DNA from: an uncultured Microbacteriaceae bacterium
GTDB taxonomy: Bacteria > Actinomycetota > Actinomycetes > Actinomycetales > Microbacteriaceae
NCBI GenBank assembly: GCA_964412175.1
Contig: CAYPND010000012.1
Coordinates: forward strand, 1,540-65,539
Length of the DNA: 64,000 bases
Reading direction: 5' to 3'
Made by a program: the position numbers and the translations under genes. Under the pieces are notes generated by a model. It did no database searches. It had not been told where the DNA came from and was given only the letters and a program-made list of their open reading frames with translations. Shown piece by piece: positions 29,790 to 38,975 of the stretch. Positions within the stretch are counted from its first letter, which is position 1. The number at the start of each line of letters is the position of its first letter.

Positions 29790-30712
29790 GCGAACAGCTC
29801 CCCTCGAAACCCTGCGCTCGCCTCGAGGCGACCGTCGATGCCCAGTCGAACCCACTCGAACGCGAACCGCTCGCATAGACGCGCCGGATCGGCCAGGAAC
29901 ATTGCCGTCGCGAGCCCGTCGGCCACGAGCGCGGTGTCGGCGACGACCCAGGCGGCGATCACACCGTCGGCGACCGGGCGGCCCGTGACGGCGTCGACGA
30001 TGTGGTGCAGCCCCTCGCCCCACGCCCGCCGATTGATCGCTGACCCGCACAGCGCAGCATCGGTCACCTCGGCGACGCCGACCGCCTTCGTCGGGTCGGT
30101 CGGGTTCTCGAGCGCGATCCGGATGCTGCGCTCGCCCCGCACGCGCACATCACCGCTCGCATCGACGACCGTCTCGCCCACGCCGCGGGCCGCGAGCAGG
30201 TCGCCGACGAGGTCGACGAGGTAGCCCTTGCCGGCCGCGCCCACGTCGAGCACGACGGGCGCGACGGTGTCGAGCTCGACGCCCGCAGCCGTGCGGCGCA
30301 GGGCGATGGCGTCAGCCCAACGCGGGGCCGGCAGCGGGTCGCCGCCCGGGGTCAGGCGGTACGCGGCGTCGTAACCGAGCCGCTCGAGCGAGGCTCCGAC
30401 GAGGGGGCTCAGCCGGGCATCCGTCAGCGCGTGCAGCTGCTCGTACAGCGCGAGCAGCGGCTCGGCGTCGGCGGGCAGAGTCCACGACCCAGAGTCGCGG
30501 GCGATGCGCGCGACGAGCGAGTCGTCGCGGAAGCGCGACCAGTCGCGGTCGAAGCGGTCGATGCGCTCGAGCACGGCGGCGAGGTCGTCATCGGCGAGCG
30601 GAGCGCCGAGCGAGGCCACGGGCGTCTGTGCGTCACCGACGCCAATGCGCCAGGGCGCGCCGATCGCCTCGAACTGCGTTGGCTGCGGCACAGCCTCAGC
30701 TCTCGAGGGCAT
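29786..30712 (-). CDS. apbE: FAD:protein FMN transferase (ApbE family)
   Basis: 308 aa. DRFDRDWSRFRDDSLV, VLDVGAAGKGYLVD and GSAINRRAWGEGLHHIVD blocks are typical of ApbE. Confidence 0.85.
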   Translation of the reverse strand: MPSRAEAVPQPTQFEAIGAPWRIGVGDAQTPVASLGAPLADDDLAAVLERIDRFDRDWSRFRDDSLVARIARDSGSWTLPADAEPLLALYEQLHALTDARLSPLVGASLERLGYDAAYRLTPGGDPLPAPRWADAIALRRTAAGVELDTVAPVVLDVGAAGKGYLVDLVGDLLAARGVGETVVDASGDVRVRGERSIRIALENPTDPTKAVGVAEVTDAALCGSAINRRAWGEGLHHIVDAVTGRPVADGVIAAWVVADTALVADGLATAMFLADPARLCERFAFEWVRLGIDGRLEASAGFRGELFA

Positions 30713-31133
30713 CCGTCTTGATGGCGGTGATGGCCTCGCGGAAGCCGTTGCTCGTGAGCGACGATCCCGCGACGACGGTCACATCGAGGGTGTCGATGTC
30801 CTTCCCGATCACGAGTGCGCCGATGCCGTCGGCGAACTGGCCCTGGTAGTTGGCCGTGGTGGGGTTGTTGGGGTTGATCGTGACCTGCACGTCCGTGACG
30901 ACATCGTTCTCAAGCTCGACCACGACGATGATGTTCTCGTTGCCGTTGGGCGACTGATAGGTACCATTCGCCTGGTAGGTGCCGTCGCGGTAGCTGGCGT
31001 CGACGGGCACCTCGGCCTCGGCGGCCGCGATCGCGCAGCCGGTGAGGGTTCCGAGTAGGGCGGCGGTCGCGCCGATCGGCGCGGCGACGCGCGCGGCCCT
31101 GGTTCGGGCACTACCGGTCATCATGCGGGTCAT
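30696..31133 (-). CDS. FMN-binding-domain lipoprotein (probable ApbE substrate)
   Basis: 145 aa. Signal peptide with lipobox LTGC. C-terminal DVTVVAGSSLTSNGF resembles the FMN_bind xDxxSGATxTS flavinylation segment. Confidence 0.7.
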   Translation of the reverse strand: MTRMMTGSARTRAARVAAPIGATAALLGTLTGCAIAAAEAEVPVDASYRDGTYQANGTYQSPNGNENIIVVVELENDVVTDVQVTINPNNPTTANYQGQFADGIGALVIGKDIDTLDVTVVAGSSLTSNGFREAITAIKTDALES

Positions 31134-31239
31134 CAGTTCTCCGGAACGTCGTGGGTGTCAGGCGGCACTCAGCCGGCACTGACCAGAGTGTCGGCTGTCG
31201 GTGGATATTCGCTGTGCCCGCACGAAGGGTTTGCCGCAA

Positions 31240-31860
31240 CTATGCGGGCGGCTCGGCGTGCAGCTCGGTGTCGGCGGCGGTCACGCGCCAGTCGAGAAAC
31301 CGCACGCGCAGGCCCGAGCGGGTCGGGGCGCACAGCATCGGCCCGATGAGCGCCGAATCGTGCGGGAAGCGGGCGACGCGCACGAGCCGCCACTCGGGGT
31401 CGGCCGACGACCGCGCCCGGATGACGACGGCATCGGCGATGCGGGATGCCCGCACGGTCACCGCCGTACCCACCCACTCATCGACGCGCCCGGTTGACCA
31501 GTCGCTCGCCCCGACGGTCACGACGGCGCCGAGCTGCTGGTGTCCGTCGCTGTGCTCGACCCCGGCCTTGATCCAGTGCTCATCGTCGACGATCACGGCG
31601 AGCCCCGACTGGTCGAACTCGCCCGTGAAGCCCTCCAGCGCGAAGGTGACCTCGACCGCCGTGCCGGGTTCCCACGGCGCGAGCAGGGCGTGCCCGTTCT
31701 CGTGGCGGAACCCGTAGGCGGTGTCGCGCCACCAGTCGCTGCCCTCGGCGGCCTCGACGACGAGAGCGCCGTCGGCGTCGAGCGCGCTCGAGACCGGTTC
31801 GCGCGTCCACGTTCCCCGCGCGAACGGCGTGCCGCTCGAGGGCGCATCGATCGTGCTCAC
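31240..31860 (-). CDS. DUF1349-family protein (concanavalin-like fold)
   Basis: About 206 aa from GTG 31860 (GTGA overlap with nagA). WTREP...GSDWWRDT...AGVEHSDG pattern. Confidence 0.6.
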   Translation of the reverse strand: MSTIDAPSSGTPFARGTWTREPVSSALDADGALVVEAAEGSDWWRDTAYGFRHENGHALLAPWEPGTAVEVTFALEGFTGEFDQSGLAVIVDDEHWIKAGVEHSDGHQQLGAVVTVGASDWSTGRVDEWVGTAVTVRASRIADAVVIRARSSADPEWRLVRVARFPHDSALIGPMLCAPTRSGLRVRFLDWRVTAADTELHAEPPA

Positions 31861-33005
31861 ACGATCCCTCCGATCTCCGCTCCGGCGGCCCAGACCCGTT
31901 CGACCCGCCAGTCGGCGTCGAGCACGACGAGGTCGGCCGCGAATCCCGCGGCGAGCGAGCCCCACTCGGCATCGCGACCGAGCACGCGCGCGGGCGTGCG
32001 CGTGAGCGCCTCGATCGCGGCGGCCTCGTCAACGCCCGCGACCATGACGGCGTGCCGCAGCGCGGCATCTTGCGTCAGGGTCGATCCGGCGATCGTCGAC
32101 GTGCCCGCGAGGTGCGCGATGCCCTCGCGCACGTCGACGTTGAGCGACCCGAGGCGGTAGTGCCCGTCGGCTCCGCCCGCCGCGGCCATCGCGTCGGTCA
32201 CGAGCGCGACGCGGTGCGGTGCGGCGCGGAAGACCATCTGTACAACCGAAGGGTGCACGTGCACGCCGTCAGCGACGAGCTCAAGTGAGACTCGGTCGTC
32301 GTCGAACGCCGCCGCGATCGGCCCGGGGTCGCGGTGGTGGATGCCCGGCATCGCGTTGAACACGTGCGTCACGAGTGTCGCTCCCGCGTCGAAGGCCGCG
32401 CGCGCGATGTGCTCGTCGGCCTCGGTGTGCCCGATCGCTACCACGAGGCCCGCATCGACGAACTGCCGCACGGCATCGAGGGCTCCCGGCAGCTCGGGCG
32501 CGATCGTGACCTGCCGTATGGTTCCGCGGCCGGTGTCGATGAGCCCCTGGATGGTCTGCGGGTCGGGCTCGCGCAAGAACTCGGGCGCGTGCGCGCCGCG
32601 GCGGCCGATCGCGAGGAACGGGCCCTCGAGGTGCGAGCCGACGATCGTCGGGTCGTCATCGGCGAGCGAGGCGACGAGGGCGAGCGACTCGCGCACGTCG
32701 ACGAGCGGATTGGCGACGAGCGAGATGACCGAGCGGGTCGTGCCGTGCGCGCGGTGCACCGCGATCGCCGTGGCGATCTCCTCCGTGCCGTTGTCGAACG
32801 CTGCGCCCCCGCCGCCGTGGCCGTGCAGGTCGATGAAGCCGGGCGTCACGGTGCGGCCGCGCAGGTCGATCGTGGTCGCGGCGGGAGGCGGAGCATCCAC
32901 CCCCGTCAGCCCGGTCGACGCGATGCGGTCGCCATCGATCAGCACCCAGCCCGCGCGACGGCCGTCGGCGTCGAGCAGGCTTGCGTTCGTCAGTAGCGTC
33001 GGCAC
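31857..33005 (-). CDS. nagA: N-acetylglucosamine-6-phosphate deacetylase
   Basis: 382 aa. PGFIDLHGHGGGG, GSHLEGPF, IGHTEA, THVFNAM. Confidence 0.9.
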   Translation of the reverse strand: MPTLLTNASLLDADGRRAGWVLIDGDRIASTGLTGVDAPPPAATTIDLRGRTVTPGFIDLHGHGGGGAAFDNGTEEIATAIAVHRAHGTTRSVISLVANPLVDVRESLALVASLADDDPTIVGSHLEGPFLAIGRRGAHAPEFLREPDPQTIQGLIDTGRGTIRQVTIAPELPGALDAVRQFVDAGLVVAIGHTEADEHIARAAFDAGATLVTHVFNAMPGIHHRDPGPIAAAFDDDRVSLELVADGVHVHPSVVQMVFRAAPHRVALVTDAMAAAGGADGHYRLGSLNVDVREGIAHLAGTSTIAGSTLTQDAALRHAVMVAGVDEAAAIEALTRTPARVLGRDAEWGSLAAGFAADLVVLDADWRVERVWAAGAEIGGIV

Positions 33006-33015
33006 GGGCGACCCC

Positions 33016-33873
33016 CTACGTAAAGATGATGGTTCGCTGACCGTCGAGCAGCACGCGGTCCTCCGCGAACCAGCGCACAGCCTGGCTGAGGGTGCGGCTT
33101 TCGATGTCGCGCCCGATGACCACGAGCTCGTCGGCCGAGCGCGAGTGGTCGACGCGCGTCACGTTCTGCTCGATGATCGGGCCCTCGTCAAGGTCGCTCG
33201 TGACGAAGTGCGCCGTCGCCCCGATGAGCTTCACGCCGCGGGCGTGCGCGCGCGCGTAGGGGTTCGCGCCCGTGAAGCCGGGCAGGAACGAGTGGTGGAT
33301 GTTGATGGCCCGCCCCGCGAGCGCCGCGCACAGCTCGGGCGAGAAGATCTGCATGTAGCGCGCGAGCACGACGAGCTCGATGTCGTGCTGCTCGACGGCC
33401 TCGAGGATGCGCGCCTCCATGGCCGCCTTCTCCTCCGGCGAGGTGACGGCCCGCGATTCGAAGGGCACGTCGTAGAAGGCGGCGAGCTCGGCGAGGTCGG
33501 GGTGGTTGCCGAGCACGAGGGGGATCTCGATGGGCAGGTGCCCGCTGCGCTGGCGGAAGAGCAGGTCGTTGAGGCAGTGCGCGGCCTTCGAGACGAGCAC
33601 GAGCGTGCGCAGCGGCCGGCCGACGGCATCGATGCGGCACTCCATGCCGTAGCGGTCGATGACGGGCTGCAGCGCCGCGAGCAGCTGGTCGTGATCGGCG
33701 GCCGTCTCGGTCTGCAGCCGCAGGAAGAACCGGCCCGAGCCGAGGCTCGAGAACTGCTGCAGCTCGGTGATGTTGCCCTCGGCCTCGACGATCGCGCCCG
33801 TGACGGCGTGCACGATGCCGGGGCGGTCGTCGCAGACGAGCGTCACGATCCAGTGGTGTGGGGTCTCGCTCAC
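33016..33873 (-). CDS. purU: Formyltetrahydrofolate deformylase
   Basis: 285 aa. N-terminal ACT domain (VCDDRPGIVHAVTGAI), then NIHHSFLPGFTGANPY and ATAHFVTSDLDEGPII. Confidence 0.92.
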   Translation of the reverse strand: MSETPHHWIVTLVCDDRPGIVHAVTGAIVEAEGNITELQQFSSLGSGRFFLRLQTETAADHDQLLAALQPVIDRYGMECRIDAVGRPLRTLVLVSKAAHCLNDLLFRQRSGHLPIEIPLVLGNHPDLAELAAFYDVPFESRAVTSPEEKAAMEARILEAVEQHDIELVVLARYMQIFSPELCAALAGRAINIHHSFLPGFTGANPYARAHARGVKLIGATAHFVTSDLDEGPIIEQNVTRVDHSRSADELVVIGRDIESRTLSQAVRWFAEDRVLLDGQRTIIFT

Positions 33874-33926
33874 GCGTCTAGCCTATTCGCCGAGGCGCGC
33901 CGCCCCCGCGCGGCTACGCTGAGCGC

Positions 33927-35129
33927 GTGCGCCTGCCCTGGTCATCGCTGCTGCTGCTGTCGGCGGGCATCTTCGTGGCGGTCACGAGCGAGTTCCTGCC
34001 CATCGGGCTGCTGCCGCAGCTGCGCGACGAGCTCGGCATCACCGATGCGCAGGTCGGTCTGCTCATCACGGTCTTCGCGGGCACCGTCGTCGTCGCGACG
34101 GCGCCGCTCACCCACCTGACTCGGGCGGTACCGCGCAAGCGCCTGCTCGTGCTGCTGCTCGCCGTGTTCGCGGTTGCGAACCTTGTCGCCGCCCTCGCCC
34201 CGGGCTACGCCGTGCTCGTCGTCGCGCGCATCATCGGCGGTGCCGCGCACGGGGTGTTCTGGGCCGTCGTGACGCCGTATGCCGCGCGGCTCGTGCCGCC
34301 CGAGCGCCTCGCCCGCGCGGTCGCGATCGCGACCTCTGGGGCGACCGTGGCGACCGTCGCCGGAGTGCCGCTCGGCACCCTGCTCGGCGCGGCCGTCGGG
34401 TGGCGAGCGTCATTCGCCGTCATCGCCGGCCTCGTCAGCATCATCGCGGCCCTGATCATCGGGGTGCTGCCGCCGGTCGAGCACCGGGCGGCGGCTCGCG
34501 ACGTCGCGTCTGCCACCGGCCGTCGGTCCCGCGACGCGACGCTCGCCCCCGTGCTCGTGCTCTGCGCCACGGTCGTGCTCGTCACCCTCGGGCACGCGAC
34601 GTTCTACACCTACATCGCGGCGTGGGTCATCGAGGTCGCGGGGTTCGATGCGGGGGCCGTCGCGGGCATCCTGCTGCTGTTCGGGGCGGCGGGTGCGCTC
34701 GGTGTCGCGGTGGCGGGGGTTCTCGGCGACCGGATGCCCCGCTCGCTGCTGCCCGTGCTGCTCATCGGCGTCGCGCTCTCGGTCGCCGCGCTCGCCGCGC
34801 TGGCTGCACAACCGGCCGCGGTCGTCGTGCTACTCGTGCTGTGGAGCGCGCTCCTCGGCGGGGTGCCGGTCATCTTCCAGGCACGGCTGCTGCAGACGGC
34901 ATCCCCCGCCCTGCGCGACATCGCGGCGGCATGGCTGACGGTCGCGTTCAACATCGGCATCGGCGGCGGCGCGCTGGTCGGCGGCATCGTGATCAACGCG
35001 TGGTCGCTCGGGGCGCTGCCGATCGTGACCGTCTCATGCGTGCTCGCGGCGCTCGGGCTCGTCGCTGTCGTCGGCCTGCTCGCCCGGCGGGCCGAGACTC
35101 AGATCTCGACCGAGTCCGCCGCCTCCTGA
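33927..35129 (+). CDS. MFS transporter (12-TM, sugar/drug-efflux type), copy 1
   Basis: 400 aa. FVAVTSEFLPIGLLP and AVPRKRLLV motif-A region. Paralogous to 36438..37670. Confidence 0.8.
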   Translation: MRLPWSSLLLLSAGIFVAVTSEFLPIGLLPQLRDELGITDAQVGLLITVFAGTVVVATAPLTHLTRAVPRKRLLVLLLAVFAVANLVAALAPGYAVLVVARIIGGAAHGVFWAVVTPYAARLVPPERLARAVAIATSGATVATVAGVPLGTLLGAAVGWRASFAVIAGLVSIIAALIIGVLPPVEHRAAARDVASATGRRSRDATLAPVLVLCATVVLVTLGHATFYTYIAAWVIEVAGFDAGAVAGILLLFGAAGALGVAVAGVLGDRMPRSLLPVLLIGVALSVAALAALAAQPAAVVVLLVLWSALLGGVPVIFQARLLQTASPALRDIAAAWLTVAFNIGIGGGALVGGIVINAWSLGALPIVTVSCVLAALGLVAVVGLLARRAETQISTESAAS

Positions 35130-36328
35130 ACCTCGCGCTCGGCCTCCTCGTCGTTCGGCCACACGTACTCGTCGATGACGACGACGAGCGCGACGATGCC
35201 GTTGACGATCCAGGTGAGCACAAGCGGCGTCATGCCGGGCACGAGCGGCGCGACCGCCCACAGTGCCGTGAGCGCCGCCATACCGAGCAGGTGCGAGCGC
35301 AGCCAGGGTCGCCCGATCGAGCGCTTGAACAGCAGGTTGCCGAGCAGGTAGAGCGCGGCGGCGGCCACGACGATCGCGTTCGTCGCGGCATCGAGCGGGT
35401 CATCGGGATGCGCGAGCACGAGATCGTCGCCCACGGCCAGCAGCACGACCCCGCCCACGAGGATCATGTGCAGGTAGGTGTAGGTCAGCCGGGCGATGCG
35501 CCCGGTCTGGTCGGCTCGGCTGATGAACCGGTTGCCGTGCTCGGCGCCATGACTGAAGTACAGCAGCCAGAACAGGATCGTGCCGACGAACGCCGCGAGC
35601 ATGGCCAGCACGGTCGACGTCGTGATCTCGGCCCGGCTGAAGAGCGTGCCCGTGATGATGATCGACTCGCCGAGGGCGAGGATCATGAACAGCCCGGCGC
35701 GCTCTGACATGTGGCCGCCCGCGACCTGCCAGCTCTCGATCGGTGAGGCCTTGATGCCCGGCACCCAGTACCGCACGGCCGGCGCCGAGAGCTCGATCGC
35801 GAGCGCGAGCGACCACAGCACGAGCTGAAGGTCGCCGCCGACGATCGCCCCGGCGATCCAGAAGGGCGCCGAGTAGACGAACCAGAGGGTGATGCGGGTG
35901 AGGTTGAGCGCGGCCTCGGGCTCGCCGATGAGCCGGTAGCTGACCACGACGAAGACCGTGCGGCCCACCTGCATGAGTAGGTACGCGATCGCGAACTGCA
36001 GGCCGCGGTCGTCGAAGGCGTAGGGAATGGCGGTGCTCAGCACGAGCCCGGCGAGCATCAGCGCGATGAGCATCCACCGCACGGGCCCCTTCTCGGGGTT
36101 CATCCAGTTCGTGACCCACGTCGTGTAGATCCACACCCACCACACCGCCACGAGCATGACGAGCGTTTCGAGTGCCCCCTGAGGCGTCGGGTACTGAATG
36201 AGGTGGTGCGAGAGTTGCGTAACGGCGAACACAAAGACCAGGTCGAAGAACAGCTCGACGAAGGCGACGCGGTCGGCGCCGGGTTCCCGACTGCGGAACA
36301 GGCGGACGACGGGCAGGTAGCGGGTCAC
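35099..36328 (-). CDS. LtrA-family (low temperature requirement A-like) membrane protein, copy 1
   Basis: 409 aa. RVAFVELFFDLVFVFAVTQ signature. 3' end overlaps the convergent MFS gene by 31 nt. Confidence 0.8.
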   Translation of the reverse strand: MTRYLPVVRLFRSREPGADRVAFVELFFDLVFVFAVTQLSHHLIQYPTPQGALETLVMLVAVWWVWIYTTWVTNWMNPEKGPVRWMLIALMLAGLVLSTAIPYAFDDRGLQFAIAYLLMQVGRTVFVVVSYRLIGEPEAALNLTRITLWFVYSAPFWIAGAIVGGDLQLVLWSLALAIELSAPAVRYWVPGIKASPIESWQVAGGHMSERAGLFMILALGESIIITGTLFSRAEITTSTVLAMLAAFVGTILFWLLYFSHGAEHGNRFISRADQTGRIARLTYTYLHMILVGGVVLLAVGDDLVLAHPDDPLDAATNAIVVAAAALYLLGNLLFKRSIGRPWLRSHLLGMAALTALWAVAPLVPGMTPLVLTWIVNGIVALVVVIDEYVWPNDEEAEREVQEAADSVEI

Positions 36329-36437
36329 GGGTACTCCTGGTGGCTGGCGGTAGCGCTAGCGTAGATGCGGATGCTCCGCTCGGGCATCCCCGGAGGAGTC
36401 GGCCCGTTACGCCGACCGCGAAAGCGTTCTGCCACCC

Positions 36438-37670
36438 ATGTCTTCTGCTGACCGCCCATTCCCCTGGGTCGGGCTCATCACTCTTGCCGCCGCCATCTTC
36501 GTGCTCGTCACGAGCGAGTTCCTGCCGACGGGCCTGCTGCCCATCATGGCGACCGACCTCGCCGTCACCGAGTCGCAGATCGGCCTGCTCATCACGATCT
36601 TCGCCGGCACGGTCGTGCTCACGGCGGCCCCGCTCGCCGCGCTCACCCGCCACTACTCGCGCAAGAGCCTGCTGCTCGTCGTGCTCGCCGTCTTCGCCCT
36701 CGCCAACGTGCTCGCGGCCCTCGCGCCGAACTACGAGATGCTCGTGGGTGCACGCGTGCTCGGCGGGCTCGCGCACGGCCTGTTCTGGGCCATCGCGGGC
36801 GCCTACGCCGGGCACCTCGTGCCGCGCCACCAGCTCGCCCGGGCCGTCGCCGTCACGAGCGCGGGCGGCACGACCGCCTTCGTGCTCGGCGTGCCCCTCG
36901 GCACGGCACTCGGTCTCGCCCTCGGCTGGCGGGCCGCGTTCGGCGTGATCGCCGCGATCGTCGTCGTGCTCGTCATGCTGGTGATCCGGTTCCTGCCCGC
37001 CGTCGACCACCGCATCTCGCTCGCGACGGGTGAGATCACGGTTCCCGTGCGCCGCGACCCCACGATGCCCTCGGTGCTGTTCGTGTGCTTGCTCGTCGTC
37101 ATCATCGTGACCGGCCACAACGTCTTCTACACATACATCGCGCCGTTCGTGCTCGACACCGCGGGCTTCGAACCCGGGGCGCTCAGCATCCTGCTGTTCC
37201 TCTACGGCGGTGCGGGTGCTATCGGCCTCGTGCTCGCGGGCGTGGTCGGCGGGCGGTACCCGCGGGGCGGGCTGTACGGGATGCTCGCGGGGGTCATCCT
37301 CGCCGTCAGCGTGCTGGCGCTCTTCGCAGGCGTTCCCGTGGTCGTCGTCATCGCCTTCATCGTGTGGGGCGCGGCCTTCGGCGGACTGCCGACCCTGCTG
37401 CAAACGCGCCTGCTGCAGGTGGCCTCGCCCAACGTGCGCGACGTCGGCGCGGCCCTGCTGACGACCTCGTTCAACATCGGCATCGGCGGAGGGGCCGCGA
37501 TCGGCGCCGTGCTGTTCTCGTTCTCGGGCACGACCTGGCTGCCGTGGATCGAGGCCGGCGCGCTCGTGCTTGCGATCGCCGCGCTCATCATCATGGAGGC
37601 GCGGCGCCGGGCGCGCGGCGTGCCCCTCGTGACCCGCCCGATCCGGGTCGTCGAGGCGGAGTCGCCGTAG
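36438..37670 (+). CDS. MFS transporter, copy 2
   Basis: 410 aa. FVLVTSEFLPTGLLP. Collinear similarity to copy 1 throughout. Confidence 0.8.
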   Translation: MSSADRPFPWVGLITLAAAIFVLVTSEFLPTGLLPIMATDLAVTESQIGLLITIFAGTVVLTAAPLAALTRHYSRKSLLLVVLAVFALANVLAALAPNYEMLVGARVLGGLAHGLFWAIAGAYAGHLVPRHQLARAVAVTSAGGTTAFVLGVPLGTALGLALGWRAAFGVIAAIVVVLVMLVIRFLPAVDHRISLATGEITVPVRRDPTMPSVLFVCLLVVIIVTGHNVFYTYIAPFVLDTAGFEPGALSILLFLYGGAGAIGLVLAGVVGGRYPRGGLYGMLAGVILAVSVLALFAGVPVVVVIAFIVWGAAFGGLPTLLQTRLLQVASPNVRDVGAALLTTSFNIGIGGGAAIGAVLFSFSGTTWLPWIEAGALVLAIAALIIMEARRRARGVPLVTRPIRVVEAESP

Positions 37671-37677
37671 GGCGTGG

Positions 37678-38883
37678 CTACCCGCGCGACGTGCCGCCGC
37701 GGCGCACGCGCAGCGCGGTGTCGAGCGCGGCCGTCGCGACGAGCAGGGCCGTGGCGCTCACCGACAGGAGCACGGGTGAGGCGATGAGGGCGAGAGGGGT
37801 GAGGGCGAGCATCCCGAGGCCGGCGACGACCGCGACGAGCACGCCCGGCGCGCCCACGATGCGGCGGAAGATCGCGCAGCCCAGCAGGTAGAGCGCGGGG
37901 CCGCCGACGATGCTCACGAGCGCGATCGTCGACCACGTGTCGGGCTTGTCGACGACGAGCTCGTCGGCGACGCCCGAGAGCACGATGCCGCCGATGATGA
38001 CGACGTGCGCGTAGGAGTAGGCGGCCCGCGCGATCGCACCCGTCTTCCCGCTATTCTTGAGCCGGCGTTCGCCCCACCACTCGCCCTGGTCGAAGTAGAA
38101 CCACCACATTGCCGTGGCCGAGAGGAACGCGCTCACGATGGCCAACGAGCGCTCGATCGTGAGCTCTACGGCGACGAAGGCAAAGCCCGTGACGAGGAAG
38201 GTCTCGCCGAGCGCAATGATGACGAACAGGGATGCCCGCTCGGCCATGTGCGCCGCCGAGAGGTCCCACCGCTCCATGTCGCCGCGGCCCAGCACGGGCG
38301 TGCGGTACGAGAGGGCCGCGCCGAGGTAGTCGATCGCGACGGCGACGACCCAGAGTACGACGAGGGCGATGCCGCCGAGCAGGGCGCCGGCGATCCAGGC
38401 CACACCGCTCAGGGCGAACCACGCGGCCATGCGCCGGAAGTCGGCGTTCGCGGCCCGATCGTGATGAGCCGTCGCGCCGATCATCGCGAGCGTGCGGCCC
38501 AGCTGCAGGCCGACGTAGGCGAGGGCGAAGACGAGCGCTCGCTCGCCCGAGGCCTCCTGCAGCGAGAGCGACACGACGAGGCCGACGAAGGCGAGCACGA
38601 TGAGCAGCGCCCGCACCTCGAGTCGCTGCGGGTCGAGCCGGTTGGTCGCCCACGTCGTGTGCATCCACAACCACCACATCGCTAGTAGCAGTACGACCAC
38701 GACGACGCCGGAGGGAACCGAGTCGATCTCGGCGACGATGTCGCTCACCTGTGTGAGGGCGAAGACGAACACGAGGTCGAAGAACAGCTCGACGAAGCTC
38801 ACCCGGTCGGTGCGCTCCGCGCCCGATCCGCTTGACGGGCGAAGCAGATTGACCCGTAGCCCGGAGTTCGCTCGATTCGACAT
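37678..38883 (-). CDS. LtrA-family membrane protein, copy 2
   Basis: RVSFVELFFDLVFVFALTQ. ATG 38883 preferred; the ORF track starts at TTG 38904. Confidence 0.8.
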   Translation of the reverse strand: MSNRANSGLRVNLLRPSSGSGAERTDRVSFVELFFDLVFVFALTQVSDIVAEIDSVPSGVVVVVLLLAMWWLWMHTTWATNRLDPQRLEVRALLIVLAFVGLVVSLSLQEASGERALVFALAYVGLQLGRTLAMIGATAHHDRAANADFRRMAAWFALSGVAWIAGALLGGIALVVLWVVAVAIDYLGAALSYRTPVLGRGDMERWDLSAAHMAERASLFVIIALGETFLVTGFAFVAVELTIERSLAIVSAFLSATAMWWFYFDQGEWWGERRLKNSGKTGAIARAAYSYAHVVIIGGIVLSGVADELVVDKPDTWSTIALVSIVGGPALYLLGCAIFRRIVGAPGVLVAVVAGLGMLALTPLALIASPVLLSVSATALLVATAALDTALRVRRGGTSRG

Positions 38884-38975
38884 CTCCACATCATCGCAGA
38901 GCAAAACTCGGTGAAGCCGTGGCTGGCCGGAGTGGCCCTCGGCGGCGAGGCTCTCGACAGCGATCGGCGACGAGG

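Noticed and set aside
35400-37403. 667-aa minus-strand ORF spanning the LtrA-1 / MFS-2 boundary.
   Set aside because: It crosses an intergenic region and two well-supported genes. Its composition (RRGRHDDE runs) is that of an off-frame read, and it has no recognisable domain.
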